Of a DNA stretch of 64,000 nucleotides, positions 1 to 13,000 are shown piece by piece. The notes under the pieces were generated by a model. It was not told where the DNA came from and ran no database searches. It saw only the letters and a program-made list of their open reading frames with translations. How positions within the stretch are numbered: position 1 is the stretch's first letter; each line of letters begins with the position of its first letter. This stretch comes from Eledone cirrhosa (lineage: Eukaryota): assembly GCA_964016885.1 (NCBI GenBank), contig OZ024741.1, positions 409,386,001 through 409,450,000 on the forward strand, written 5' to 3'. Both the position numbers and the translations under genes were made by a program.

Positions 1-8
1 CCCCTTCT

Positions 9-12
<4 letters not shown>

Positions 13-64
<52 letters not shown>

Positions 65-80
65 CATATATATAAATATA
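13..80. repeat. (TA)n microsatellite
   Basis: Direct: near-perfect TA run. Confidence 0.95.
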
Positions 81-205
81 TCCAAAATTAAAATTAAGGG
101 ATGTCATGTCTGAGAGACATGCGCCATATCCACCATAGAATAACCTCAAAGATTAGATCGGAGCATTACATATCAGACATGACAACCCTGAATTTTAATT
201 TTGGA
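81..205. mobile_element. MITE-like element with 33-bp terminal inverted repeats, in TA context
   Basis: 81-113 tccaaaattaaaattaagggatgtcatgtctga is the reverse complement (2 mismatches) of 173-205 tcagacatgacaaccctgaattttaattttgga. TA runs flank both sides and there is no coding capacity. Confidence 0.6.
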
Positions 206-814
206 TATATATACGGCCCCTTAATTGTTGAGCTAATTCAGTTGAATAGGCTCGGCTGCTATTTCTGGCTGTCAATGGTCCTATTCACGAGACTGGGATG
301 ACGTTCAATGAGCGTATTTTTTTTTAAAATGCAACACGTGGTTCGAATCATTCACAGATTTGCAATTGCTTTGTAAACACAGATGGTTATTTTTCTTCTC
401 CTTTGGTGAACATCCGAGAATTTAACTGCTGTGATTTATGGATTAATAGGTGAAATATATTTCTTACTTAAAGAAATATATACAAAGGAGATTAATCATT
501 TTAAAAGGTATCTATATTTGAAGTTCTAGTCAAACTTTAATTAGTTACCTACCTAGCTATGTGTGCCTACATTCTTTACAAATTATTCCTTGCGATTGTT
601 TGATGTATTTATTTTATATATATATATATGTCAATCTATTTCTAGTTGATATATATAGATATATATATTAGCTTACCTGTAAGTTGGCAAGAACAGATTT
701 AATTTGCTCTAAAACTGAAGTTTCGGTATTGTTTAGTAACTCTGATAAGCTGTCGGAACTGTCCTGTTTACCAATCTGTTTGGGAGCAGCTAAATTCTGC
801 CGGACATCGGTCAA

Positions 815-1017
815 GCAGTCTGAAATATGAAGATGATAAGTATAAGATAGAGCTGCTAACTCTCCTCATCTAGAGATCACATCTCTACTACAATAGACAT
901 GAGGTTAGAATTTCTAAGGAAGGACTCACTCAACAGATTTCATAGTCAAAGTGAACTGGCTGGAGAGCCAGAGATAGACCATGAACAAGAAGATTAGATA
1001 ACATCCATATGGTTGGT
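815..1017 (+). pseudogene. Decayed 3' end of an RTE-clade (Rex3/Expander-like) LINE ORF that runs into the 56-bp satellite
   Basis: The frame starting at 850 reads ELLTLLI*RSHLYYNRHEVRISKEGLTQQIS*SK*TGWRARDRP*TRRLDNIHMVG. This is colinear with the RTE C-terminal motif EPLLLxIERSQLRWxGHxxRM...TGRRxRGRPRTRWxD (recalled, aligned by eye). Confidence 0.7.
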
Positions 1018-4000
1018 GAAGAGCCAGAGATAGACCATGAACGAGAAGATTAGATAACATCCATATGGTTGGTGGAGAGCCAGAGATAGACCATGAACAA
1101 GAAGGTTAGATAACATCCATATGGTTGGTGGAGAGCCAGAGATAGACCATGAACAAGAAGGTTAGATAACATCCATATGGTTGGTGGAGAGCCAGAGATA
1201 GACCATGAACAAGAAGGTTAGATAACATCCATATGACTGGTGGAGAGACAGAGATAGACCATGAACAAGAAGGTTAGATAACATACATATGGTTGGTGGA
1301 GAGCCAGAGATAGACCATGAAGAAGAAGGTTAGATAACATCCATATGGTTGGTGGAGAGACAGAGATAGACCATGAACAAGAAGGTTAGACAACATCCAT
1401 ATGGCTGGTAGTGAGACAGAGATAGACCATGAACAAGAAGGTTAGACAACATCCATATGGTTGGTGGAGAGACAGAGATAGACCATGAACAAGAAGGTTA
1501 GATAACATCCGTATGACTGGTGGAGAGACAGAGATAGACCATGAACAAGAAGGTTAGATAACATCCATATGGTTGGTGGAGAGACAGAGATAGACCATGA
1601 ACAAGAAGGTTAGATAACATCCATATGGTTGGTGGAGAGACAGAGATAGACCAGGAACAAGAAGGTTAGATAACATCCATATGACTGGTGGAGAGACACA
1701 GATAGACCATGAACAATAAGGTTAGATAACATCCATATGACTGGTGGAGAGACACAGATAGACCATGAACAAGAAGGTTAGATAACATCTATATGACTGG
1801 TGGAGAGACAGAGATAGACCATGAAAAAGAAGGTTAGATAACATCCATATGACTGGTGGAGAGACACAGATAGACCATGAACAAGAAGGTTAGATAACAT
1901 CCATATGGTTGGTGGAGAGACAGAGATAGACCATGAAGAAGAAGGTTAGATAACATCCATATGGTTGGTGGAGAGCCAGAGATAGACCATGAACAAGAAG
2001 GTTAGATAACATCCATATGGTTGGTGGAGAGACAGAGATAGACCATGAAGAAGAAGGTTAGATAACATCCATATGGTTGGTGGAGAGCCAGAGATAGACC
2101 ATGAACAAGAAGGTTAGATGACATACATATGGTTGGTGGAGAGACAGAGATAGACCATGAACAAGAAGGTTAGATGACATCCATATGGTTGGTGGAGAGA
2201 CAGAGATAGACCATGAACAAGAAGGTTAGATAACATCCATATGGTTGGTGGAGAGCCAGAGATAGACCATGAACAAGAAGGTTAGATGACATCCATATGG
2301 TTGGTGGAGAGACAGAGATAGACCATGAACAAGAAGGTTAGATAACATCCATATGACTGGTGGAGAGACAGAGATAGACCATGAACAAGAAGGTTAGATA
2401 ACATCCATATGACTGGTGGAGAGACAGAGATAGACCATGAACAAGAAGGTTAGATAACATCCATATGACTGGTGGGGAGACAGAGATAGACCATGAACAA
2501 GAAGGTTAGATAACATCCATATGACTGGTGGGGAGACAGAGATAGATCATGAACAAGAAGGTTAGATAACATCCATATGGTTGGTGGAGAGACAGAGATA
2601 GACCATGAACAAGAAGGTTAGACAACATACATATGGCTGTTAGAGAGACAGAGATAGACCATGAACAAGAAGGTTAGACAACAACCATATGGTTGGTGGA
2701 GAGACAGAGTTAGACCATGAACAACAAGGTTAGATAACATCCATATGACTGGTGGAGAGACAGAGATAAACCATGAACAATAAGGTTAGATAACATCCAT
2801 ATGACTGGTGGAGAGACAGAGATAGACCATGAACAAGAAGGTTAGATAACATCCATATGACTGGTGGAGAGACACAAATAGACCATGAACAAGAAGGTTA
2901 GATAACATCCATATGACTGGTGGAGAGACAGAGATAGACCATGAACAAGAAGGTTAGATAACATCCATATGACTGGTGGAGAGACACAGATAGACCATGA
3001 ACAAGAAGGTTAGATAACATCCATATGACTGGTGGAGAGACAGAGATAGACCATGAACAATAAGGTTAGATAACATCCATATGACTGGTGGAGAGACACA
3101 GATAGACCATGAACAAGAAGGTTAGATAACATCCATATGACTGGTGGAGAGACACAGATAGACCATGAACAAGAAGGTTAGATAACATCCATATGACTGG
3201 TGGAGAGACACAGATAGACTATGAACAAGAAGGTTAGATAACATCCATATGACTGGTGGAGAGACACAGATAGACCATGAACAAGAAGGTTAGATAACAT
3301 CCATATGGTTGGTGGAGAGCCAGAGATAGACCATGAACAAGAAGGTTAGATAACATCCATATGGTTGGTGGGGAGACAGAGATAGACCATGAACAAGAAG
3401 GTTAGATAACATCCATATGGTTGGTGGAGAGACAGAGATAGACCATGAACAAGAAGGTTAGATAACATCCATATGACTGGTGGAGAGACAGAGATAGACC
3501 ATGAACAAGAAGGTTAGATAACATCCATATGGTTGGTGGAGTGACAGAGATAGACCATGAACAAGAAGGGTAGATAACATCCATATGGTTGGTGGAGAGA
3601 CAGAGATAGACCATGAACAAGAAGGTTAGATAACATCCATATGACTGGTGGAGAGACAGAGATAGACCATGAACAAGAAGGTTAGATAACATCCATATGG
3701 TTGGTGGAGAGACAGAGATAGACCATGAACAAGAAGGTTAAATAACATCCATATGACTGGTGGAGAGACAGAGATAGACCATGAACAAGAAGGTTAGATA
3801 ACATCCATATGGTTGGTGGAGAGACAGAGATAGACCATGAACAAGAAGGTTAGATAACATCCATATGACTGGTGGAGAGACAGAGATAGACCATGAACAA
3901 GAAGGTTAGATAACATCCATATGACTGGTGGAGAGACACAGATAGACCATGAACAAGAAGGGTAGATAACATCCATATGACTGGTGGGGAGACACAGATA

Positions 4001-7000
4001 GACCATGAAGAAGAAGGTTAGATAACATCCATATGACTGGTGGAGAGACAGAGATAGACCATGAACAAGAAGGTTAGATGACATCCATATGACTGGTGGG
4101 GAGACACAGATAGACCATGAACAATAAGGTTAGATAACATCCATATGACTGGTGGAGAGACAGAGATAGACCATGAACAAGAAGGTTAGATAACATCCAT
4201 ATGACTGGTGGGGAGACAGAGATAGACCATGAACAAGAAGGTTAGATAACATCCATATGGTTGGTGGAGAGCCAGAGATAGACCATGAACAAGGTTAGAT
4301 AACATCCATATGGTTGGTGGAGAGACACAGATAGACCATGAACAAGAAGGTTAGATAACATCCATATGGTTGGTGGAGAGACAGAGATAGACCATGAACA
4401 AGAAGGTTAGATAACATCCATATGACTGGTGGAGAGACAGAGATAGACCATGAACAAGAAGGTTAGATAACATCCATATGACTGGTGGAGAGACACAGAT
4501 AGACCATGAACAAGAAGGGTAGATAACATCCATATGACTGGTGGGGAGACACAGATAGACCATGAAGAAGAATTTTAGATAACATCCATATGACTGGTGG
4601 AGAGACAGAGATACACCATGAACAATAAGGTTAGATAACATCCATATGACTGGTGGAGAGACAGAGATAGACCATGAACAATAAGGTTAGATAACATCCA
4701 TATGGTTGGTGGAGAGACAGAGATAGACCATGAACAAGAAGGTTAGATAACATCCATATGACTGGTGGGGAGACACAGATAGACCATGAACAATAAGGTT
4801 AGATAACATCCATATGGTTGGTGGGGAGACACAGATAGACCATGAACAAGAAGGTTAGATAACATCCATATGACTGGTGGGGAGACAGAGATAGACCATG
4901 AAGAAGAAGGTTAGATAACATCCATATGACTGGTGGAGAGACAGAGATAGACCATGAACAAGAAGGTTAGATAACATCCATATGACTGGTGGAGAGACAG
5001 AGATAGACCATGAACAAGAAGGTTAGATAACATCCATATGACTGGTGGGGAGACAGAGATAGACCATGAAGAAGAAGGTTAGATAACATCCATATGACTG
5101 GTGGAGAGACAGAGATAGACCATGAAGAAGAAGGTTAGATAACATCCATATGACTGGTGGAGAGACAGAGATAGACCATGAACAATAAGGTTAGATAACA
5201 TCCATATGGTTGGTGGAGAGACAGAGATAGACCTTGAACAAGAAGGTTAGATAACATCCATATGACTGGTGGAGAGCCAGAGATAGACCATGAACAATAA
5301 GGTTAGATAACATCCATATGGTTGGTGGAGAGACAGAGATAGACCATGAACAAGAAGGTTAGATAACATCCATATGGTTGGTGGAGAGACAGAGATAGAC
5401 CATGAACAAGAAGGTTAGATAACATCCATATGGTTGGTGGAGAGACAGAGATAGACCATGAACAAGAAGGTTAGATAACATCCATATGGTTGGTGGAGAG
5501 ACAGAGATAGACCATGAACAAGAAGGTTAGATAACATCCATATGGTTGGTGGAGAGACAGAGATAGACCATGAACAAGAAGGTTAGATAACATCCATATG
5601 GTTGGTGGAGAGACAGAGATAGACCATGAACAAGAAGGTTAGATAACATCCATATGGTTGGTGGAGAGACAGAGATACACCATGAACAATAAGGTTAGAT
5701 AACATCCATATGACTGGTGGAGAGACAGAGATAGACCATGAACAAGAAGGTTAGATAACATCCATGACTGGTGGAGAGACAGAGATAGACCATGAACAAG
5801 AAGGTTAGATAACATCCATATGACTGGTGGAGAGACAGAGATACACCATGAACAAGAAGGTTAGATAACATCCATATGACTGGTGGAGAGACAGAGATAC
5901 ACCATGAACAAGAAGGTTAGATAACATCCATATGACTGGTGGGGAGACAGAGATATACCATGAACAAGAAGGTTAGATAACATCCATATGACTGGTGGAG
6001 AGACAGAGATAGACCATGAACAAGAAGGTTAGATAACATCCATATGGCTGGTGGAGGGACAGAGTTAGACCATGAACAAGAAGGTTAGATAACATCCATA
6101 TGGTTGGTGGAGAGACAGAGATAGACCATGAACAAGAAGGTTAGATAACATCCATATGGTTGGTGGAGAGACAGAGATAGACCATGAACAAGAAGGTTAG
6201 ATAACATCCATATGGTTGGTGGAGAGACAGAGATATACCATGAACAAGAAGGTTAGATAACATCCATATGGTTGGTGGAGAGACAGAGATAGACCATGAA
6301 CAAGAAGGTTAGATAACATCCATGTGACTGGTGGAGAGACAGAGATAGACCATGAACAAGAAGGTTAGATAACATCCATGTGACTGGCGGAGAGACAGAG
6401 ATAGACCATGAACAAGAAGGTTAGATAACATCCATGTGACTGGTGGAGAGACAGAGATAGACCATGAACAAGAAGGTTAGATAACATCCATATGGTTGGT
6501 GGAGAGACAGAGATAGACCATGAACAAGAAGGTTAGATAACATCCATATGGTTGGTGGAGAGACAGAGATAGACCATGAACAAGAAGGTTAGATAACATC
6601 CATATGGTTGGTGGAGAGACAGAGATAGACCATGAACAAGAAGGTTAGATAACATCCATATGGTTGGTGGAGAGACAGAGATAGACCATGAACAAGAAGG
6701 TTAGATAACATCTATATGACTGGTGGAGAGACAGAGATAGACCATGAACAATAAGGTTAGATAACATCCATATGACTGGTGGGGAGACAGAGATATACCA
6801 TGAACAAGAAGGTTAGATAACATCCATATGACTGGTGGAGAGACAGAGATAGACCATGAACAAGAAGATTAGATAACATCCATATGGTTGGTGGAGAGAC
6901 AGAGATAGACCACGAACAAGAAGGTTAGACAGCATCCATATGACTGGTGGAGAGACAGAGATAGACCATGAACAAGAAGGTTAGATAACATCCATATGAC

Positions 7001-10000
7001 TGGTGGGGAGACAGAGATATACCATGAACAAGAAGGTTAGATAACATCCATATGACTGGTGGAGAGACAGAGATAGACCATGAACAAGAAGGTTAGATAA
7101 CATCCATATGGCTGGTGGAGAGACAGAGTTAGACCATGAACAAGAAGGTTAGATAACATCCATATGGTTGGTGGAGAGACAGAGATAGACCATGAACAAG
7201 AAGGTTAGATAACATCCATATGGTTGGTGGAGAGACAGAGATAGACCATGAACAAGAAGGTTAGATAACATCCATATGACTGGTGGAGAGACACAGATAG
7301 ACCATGAACAAGAAGGTTAGATAACATCCATATGACTGGTGGAGAGACACAGATAGACCATGAACAAGAAGGTTAGATAACATCCATATGACTGGTGGAG
7401 AGACACAGATAGACCATGAACAAGAAGGTTAGATAACATCCATATGGTTGGTGGAGAGACAGAGATAGACCATGAACAAGAAGGTTAGATAACATCCATA
7501 CGACTGGTGGAGAGACAGAGATAGACCATGAACAAGAAGGTTGGATAACATCCATATGACTGGTGGAGAGACACAGATAGACCATGAACAAGAAGGTTAG
7601 ATAACATCCATATGACTGGTGGAGAGACAGAGATAGACCATGAACAAGAAGGTTAGATAACATCCATATGACTGGTGGAGAGACACAGATAGACCATGAA
7701 CAAGAAGGTTAGATAATATCCATATGGTTGGTGGAGAGACAGAGATAGACCATGAACAAGAAGGTTAGATAACATCCATATGACTGGTGGAGAGACACAG
7801 ATAGACCATGAACAAGAAGGTTAGATAACATCCATATGACTGGTGGAGAGACACAGATAGACCATGAACAAGAAGGTTAGATAATATCTATATGACTGGT
7901 GGAGAGACAGAGATAGACCATGAACAAGAAGGTTAGATAACATCCATATGGCTGGTGGAGAGACAGAGTTAGACCATGAACAAGAAGGTTAGATAACATC
8001 CATATGGTTGGTGGAGAGACAGAGATAGACCATGAACAAGAAGGTTAGATAACATCCATATGGTTGGTGGAGAGACAGAGATAGACCATGAACAAGAAGG
8101 TTAGATAACATCCATATGACTGGTGGAGAGACACAGATAGACCATGAACAAGAAGGTTAGATAACATCCATATGACTGGTGGAGAGACACAGATAGACCA
8201 TGAACAAGAAGGTTAGATAACATCCATATGACTGGTGGAGAGACACAGATAGACCATGAACAAGAAGGTTAGATAACATCCATATGGTTGGTGGAGAGAC
8301 AGAGATAGACCATGAACAAGAAGGTTAGATAACATCCATACGACTGGTGGAGAGACAGAGATAGACCATGAACAAGAAGGTTAGATAACATCCATATGGT
8401 TGGTGGAGAGACAGAGATAGACCATGAAGAAGAAGGTTAGACAACATCCATATGGTTGGTGGAGAGACAGAGATAGACCATGAACAAGAAGGTTAGATAA
8501 CATCCATATGACTGGTGGAGAGACACAGATAGACCATGAACAAGAAGGTTAGATAACATCCATACGACTGGTGGAGAGACAGAGATAGACCATGAACAAG
8601 AAGGTTAGATAACATCCATATGACTGGTGGAGAGATACAGATAGACCATGAACAAGAAGGTTAGATAACATCCATATGACTGGTGGAGAGACACAGATAG
8701 ACCATGAACAAGAAGGTTAGATAACATCCATATGGTTGGTGGAGAGACAGAGATAGACCATGAACAAGAAGGTTAGATAACATCCATACGACTGGTGGAG
8801 AGACAGAGATAGACCATGAACAAGAAGGTTAGATAACATCCATATGACTGGTGGAGAGACACAGATAGACCATGAACAAGAAGGTTAGATAACATCCATA
8901 CGACTGGTGGAGAGACAGAGATAGACCATGAACAAGAAGGTTAGATAACATCCATATGACTGGTGGAGAGACACAGATAGACCATGAACAAGAAGGTTAG
9001 ATAACATCCATATGACTGGTGGAGAGACACAGATAGACCATGAACAAGAAGGTTAGATAATATCTATATGACTGGTGGAGAGACAGAGATAGACCATGAA
9101 CAAGAAGGTTAGATAACATCCATATGGCTGGTGGAGAGACAGAGTTAGACCATGAACAAGAAGGTTAGATAACATCCATATGGTTGGTGGAGAGACAGAG
9201 ATAGACCATGAACAAGAAGGTTAGATAACATCCATATGGTTGGTGGAGAGACAGAGATAGACCATGAACAAGAAGGTTAGATAACATCCATATGACTGGT
9301 GGAGAGACACAGATAGACCATGAACAAGAAGGTTAGATAACATCCATATGACTGGTGGAGAGACACAGATAGACCATGAACAAGAAGGTTAGATAACATC
9401 CATATGACTGGTGGAGAGACACAGATAGACCATGAACAAGAAGGTTAGATAACATCCATATGGTTGGTGGAGAGACAGAGATAGACCATGAACAAGAAGG
9501 TTAGATAACATCCATACGACTGGTGGAGAGACAGAGATAGACCATGAACAAGAAGGTTAGATAACATCCATATGGTTGGTGTAGAGACAGAGATAGACCA
9601 TGAAGAAGAAGGTTAGACAACATCCATATGGTTGGTGGAGAGACAGAGATAGACCATGAACAAGAAGGTTAGATAACATCCATATGACTGGTGGAGAGAC
9701 ACAGATAGACCATGAACAAGAAGGTTAGATAACATCCATACGACTGGTGGAGAGACAGAGATAGACCATGAACAAGAAGGTTAGATAACATCCATATGAC
9801 TGGTGGAGAGACACAGATAGACCATGAACAAGAAGGTTAGATAACATCCATATGGTTGGTGGAGAGACAGAGATAGACCATGAACAAGAAGGTTAGATAA
9901 CATCCATATGACTGGTGGAGAGACACAGATAGACCATGAACAAGAAGGTTAGATAACATCCATATGGTTGGTGGAGAGACAGAGATAGACCATGAACAAG

Positions 10001-13000
10001 AAGGTTAGATAACATCCATACGACTGGTGGAGAGACAGAGATAGACCATGAACAAGAAGGTTAGATAACATCCATATGACTGGTGGAGAGACACAGATAG
10101 ACCATGAACAAGAAGGTTAGATAACATCCATACGACTGGTGGAGAGACAGAGATAGACCATGAACAAGAAGGTTGGATAACATCCATATGACTGGTGGAG
10201 AGACACAGATAGACCATGAACAAGAAGGTTAGATAACATCCATATGACTGGTGGAGAGACAGAGATAGACCATGAACAAGAAGGTTAGATAACATCCATA
10301 TGACTGGTGGAGAGACACAGATAGACCATGAACAAGAAGGTTAGATAATATCCATATGGTTGGTGGAGAGACAGAGATAGACCATGAACAAGAAGGTTAG
10401 ATAACATCCATACGACTGGTGGAGAGACAGAGATAGACCATGAACAAGAAGGTTAGATAACATCCATATGACTGGTGGAGAGACACAGATAGACCATGAA
10501 CAAGAAGGTTAGATAACATCCATACGACTGGTGGAGAGACAGAGATAGACCATGAACAAGAAGGTTAGATAACATCCATATGACTGGTGGAGAGATACAG
10601 ATAGACCATGAACAAGAAGGTTAGATAACATCCATATGACTGGTGGAGAGACACAGATAGACCATGAACAAGAAGGTTAGATAACATCCATATGGTTGGT
10701 GGAGAGACAGAGATAGACCATGAACAAGAAGGTTAGATAACATCCATACGACTGGTGGAGAGACAGAGATAGACCATGAACAAGAAGGTTAGATAACATC
10801 CATATGACTGGTGGAGAGACACAGATAGACCATGAACAAGAAGGTTAGATAACATCCATACGACTGGTGGAGAGACAGAGATAGACCATGAACAAGAAGG
10901 TTAGATAACATCCATATGACTGGTGGAGAGACACAGATAGACCATGAACAAGAAGGTTAGATAACATCCATACGACTGGTGGAGAGACAGAGATAGACCA
11001 TGAACAATAAGGTTAGATAACATCCATATGACTGGTGGAGAGACAGAGATAGACCATGAAAAAGAAGGTTAGATAACATCCATACGACTGGTGGAGAGAC
11101 AGAGATAGACCATGAACAATAAGGTTAGATAACATCCATATGACTGGTGGAGAGACAGAGATAGACCATGAAAAAGAAGGTTAGATAACATCCATATGAC
11201 TGGTGGAGAGACAGAGATAGACCATGAACAAGAAGGTTAGATAACATCCATATGACTGGTGGAGAGCCAGAGATAGACCATGAACAAGAAGGTTAGATAA
11301 CATCCATATGGTTGGTGGAGAGACAGAGATAGACCATGAACAAGAAGGTTAGACAACATCCATATGACTGGTGGAGAGACAGAGATAGACCATGAACAAG
11401 AAGGTTAGATAACATCCATATGGTTGGTGGAGAGACAGAGATAGACCATGAACAAGAAGGTTAGATAACATCCATATGGTTGGTGGAGAGACAGAGATAG
11501 ACCATGAACAAGAAGGTTAGACAACATCCATATGGTTGGTGGAGAGACAGAGATAGACCATGAACAAGAAGGTTAGATAACATCCATATTGTTGGTGGAG
11601 AGACAGAGATAGACCATGAACAAGAAGGTTAGATAACATCCATATGACTGGTGGAGAGACAGAGATAGACCATGAACAAGAAGGTTAGATAACATCCATA
11701 TGGTTGGTGGAGAGACAGAGATAGACCATGAACAAGAAGGTTAGATAACATCCATATGGTTGGTGGAGGGACAGAGATAGACCATGAACAAGAAGGTTAG
11801 ACAACATCCATATGGTTGGTGGAGAGACAGAGATAGACCATGAACAAGAAGGTTAGATAACATCCATATGGTTGGTGGAGAGACAGAGATAGACCATGAA
11901 CAAGAAGGTTAGATAACATCCATATGACTGGTGGAGAGACAGAGATAGACCTTGAACAAGAAGGTTAGATAACATCCATATGACTGGTGGGGAGACAGAG
12001 ATAGACCATGAACAAGAAGGTTAGACAGCATCCATATGGTTGGTGGAGAGACAGAGATAGACCATGAACAAGAAGGTTAGATAACATCCATATGGTTGGT
12101 GGAGAGACAGAGATAGACCATGAACAAGAAGGTTAGATAACATCCATATGGTTGGTGGAGAGACAGAGATAGACCATGAACAAGAAGGTTAGATAACATC
12201 CATATGACTGGTGGAGAGACAGAGATAGACCATGAACAAGAAGGTTAGATAACATCCATATGACTGGTGGAGAGACAGAGATAGACCATGAACAAGAAGG
12301 TTAGATAACATCCATATGGTTGGTGGAGAGACAGAGATAGACCATGAACAAGAAGGTTAGATAACATCCATATGGTTGGTGGAGAGACAGAGATAGACCA
12401 TGAACAAGAAGGTTAGATAACATCCATATGGTTGGTGGAGAGACAGAGATAGACCATGAACAAGAAGGTTAGATAACATCCATATGACTGGTGGAGAGAC
12501 AGAGATAGACCATGAACAAGAAGGTTAGATAACATCCATATGGTTGGTGGAGAGACAGAGATAGACCATGAACAAGAAGGTTAGATAACATCCATATGGT
12601 TGGTGGAGAGACAGAGATAGACCATGAACAAGAAGGTTAGATAACATCCATATGGTTGGTGGAGAGACAGAGATAGACCATGAACAAGAAGGTTAGATAA
12701 CATCCATATGACTGGTGGAGAGACAGAGATAGACCATGAACAAGAAGGTTAGATAACATCCATATGGTTGGTGGAGAGACAGAGATAGACCATGAACAAG
12801 GTTAGATAACATCCATATGGTTGGTGGAGAGACAGAGATAGACCATGAACAAGAAGGTTAGATAACATCCATATGGTTGGTGGAGAGACAGAGATAGACC
12901 ATAAACAAGAAGGTTAGATAACATCCATATGGTTGGTGGAGAGACAGAGATAGACCATGAACAAGAAGGTTAGATAACATCCATATGGTTGGTGGAGAGA

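Noticed and set aside
290-345. Possible promoter motifs (TGACGT, CACGTG)
   Set aside because: Short motifs expected by chance, with no linked transcript evidence.
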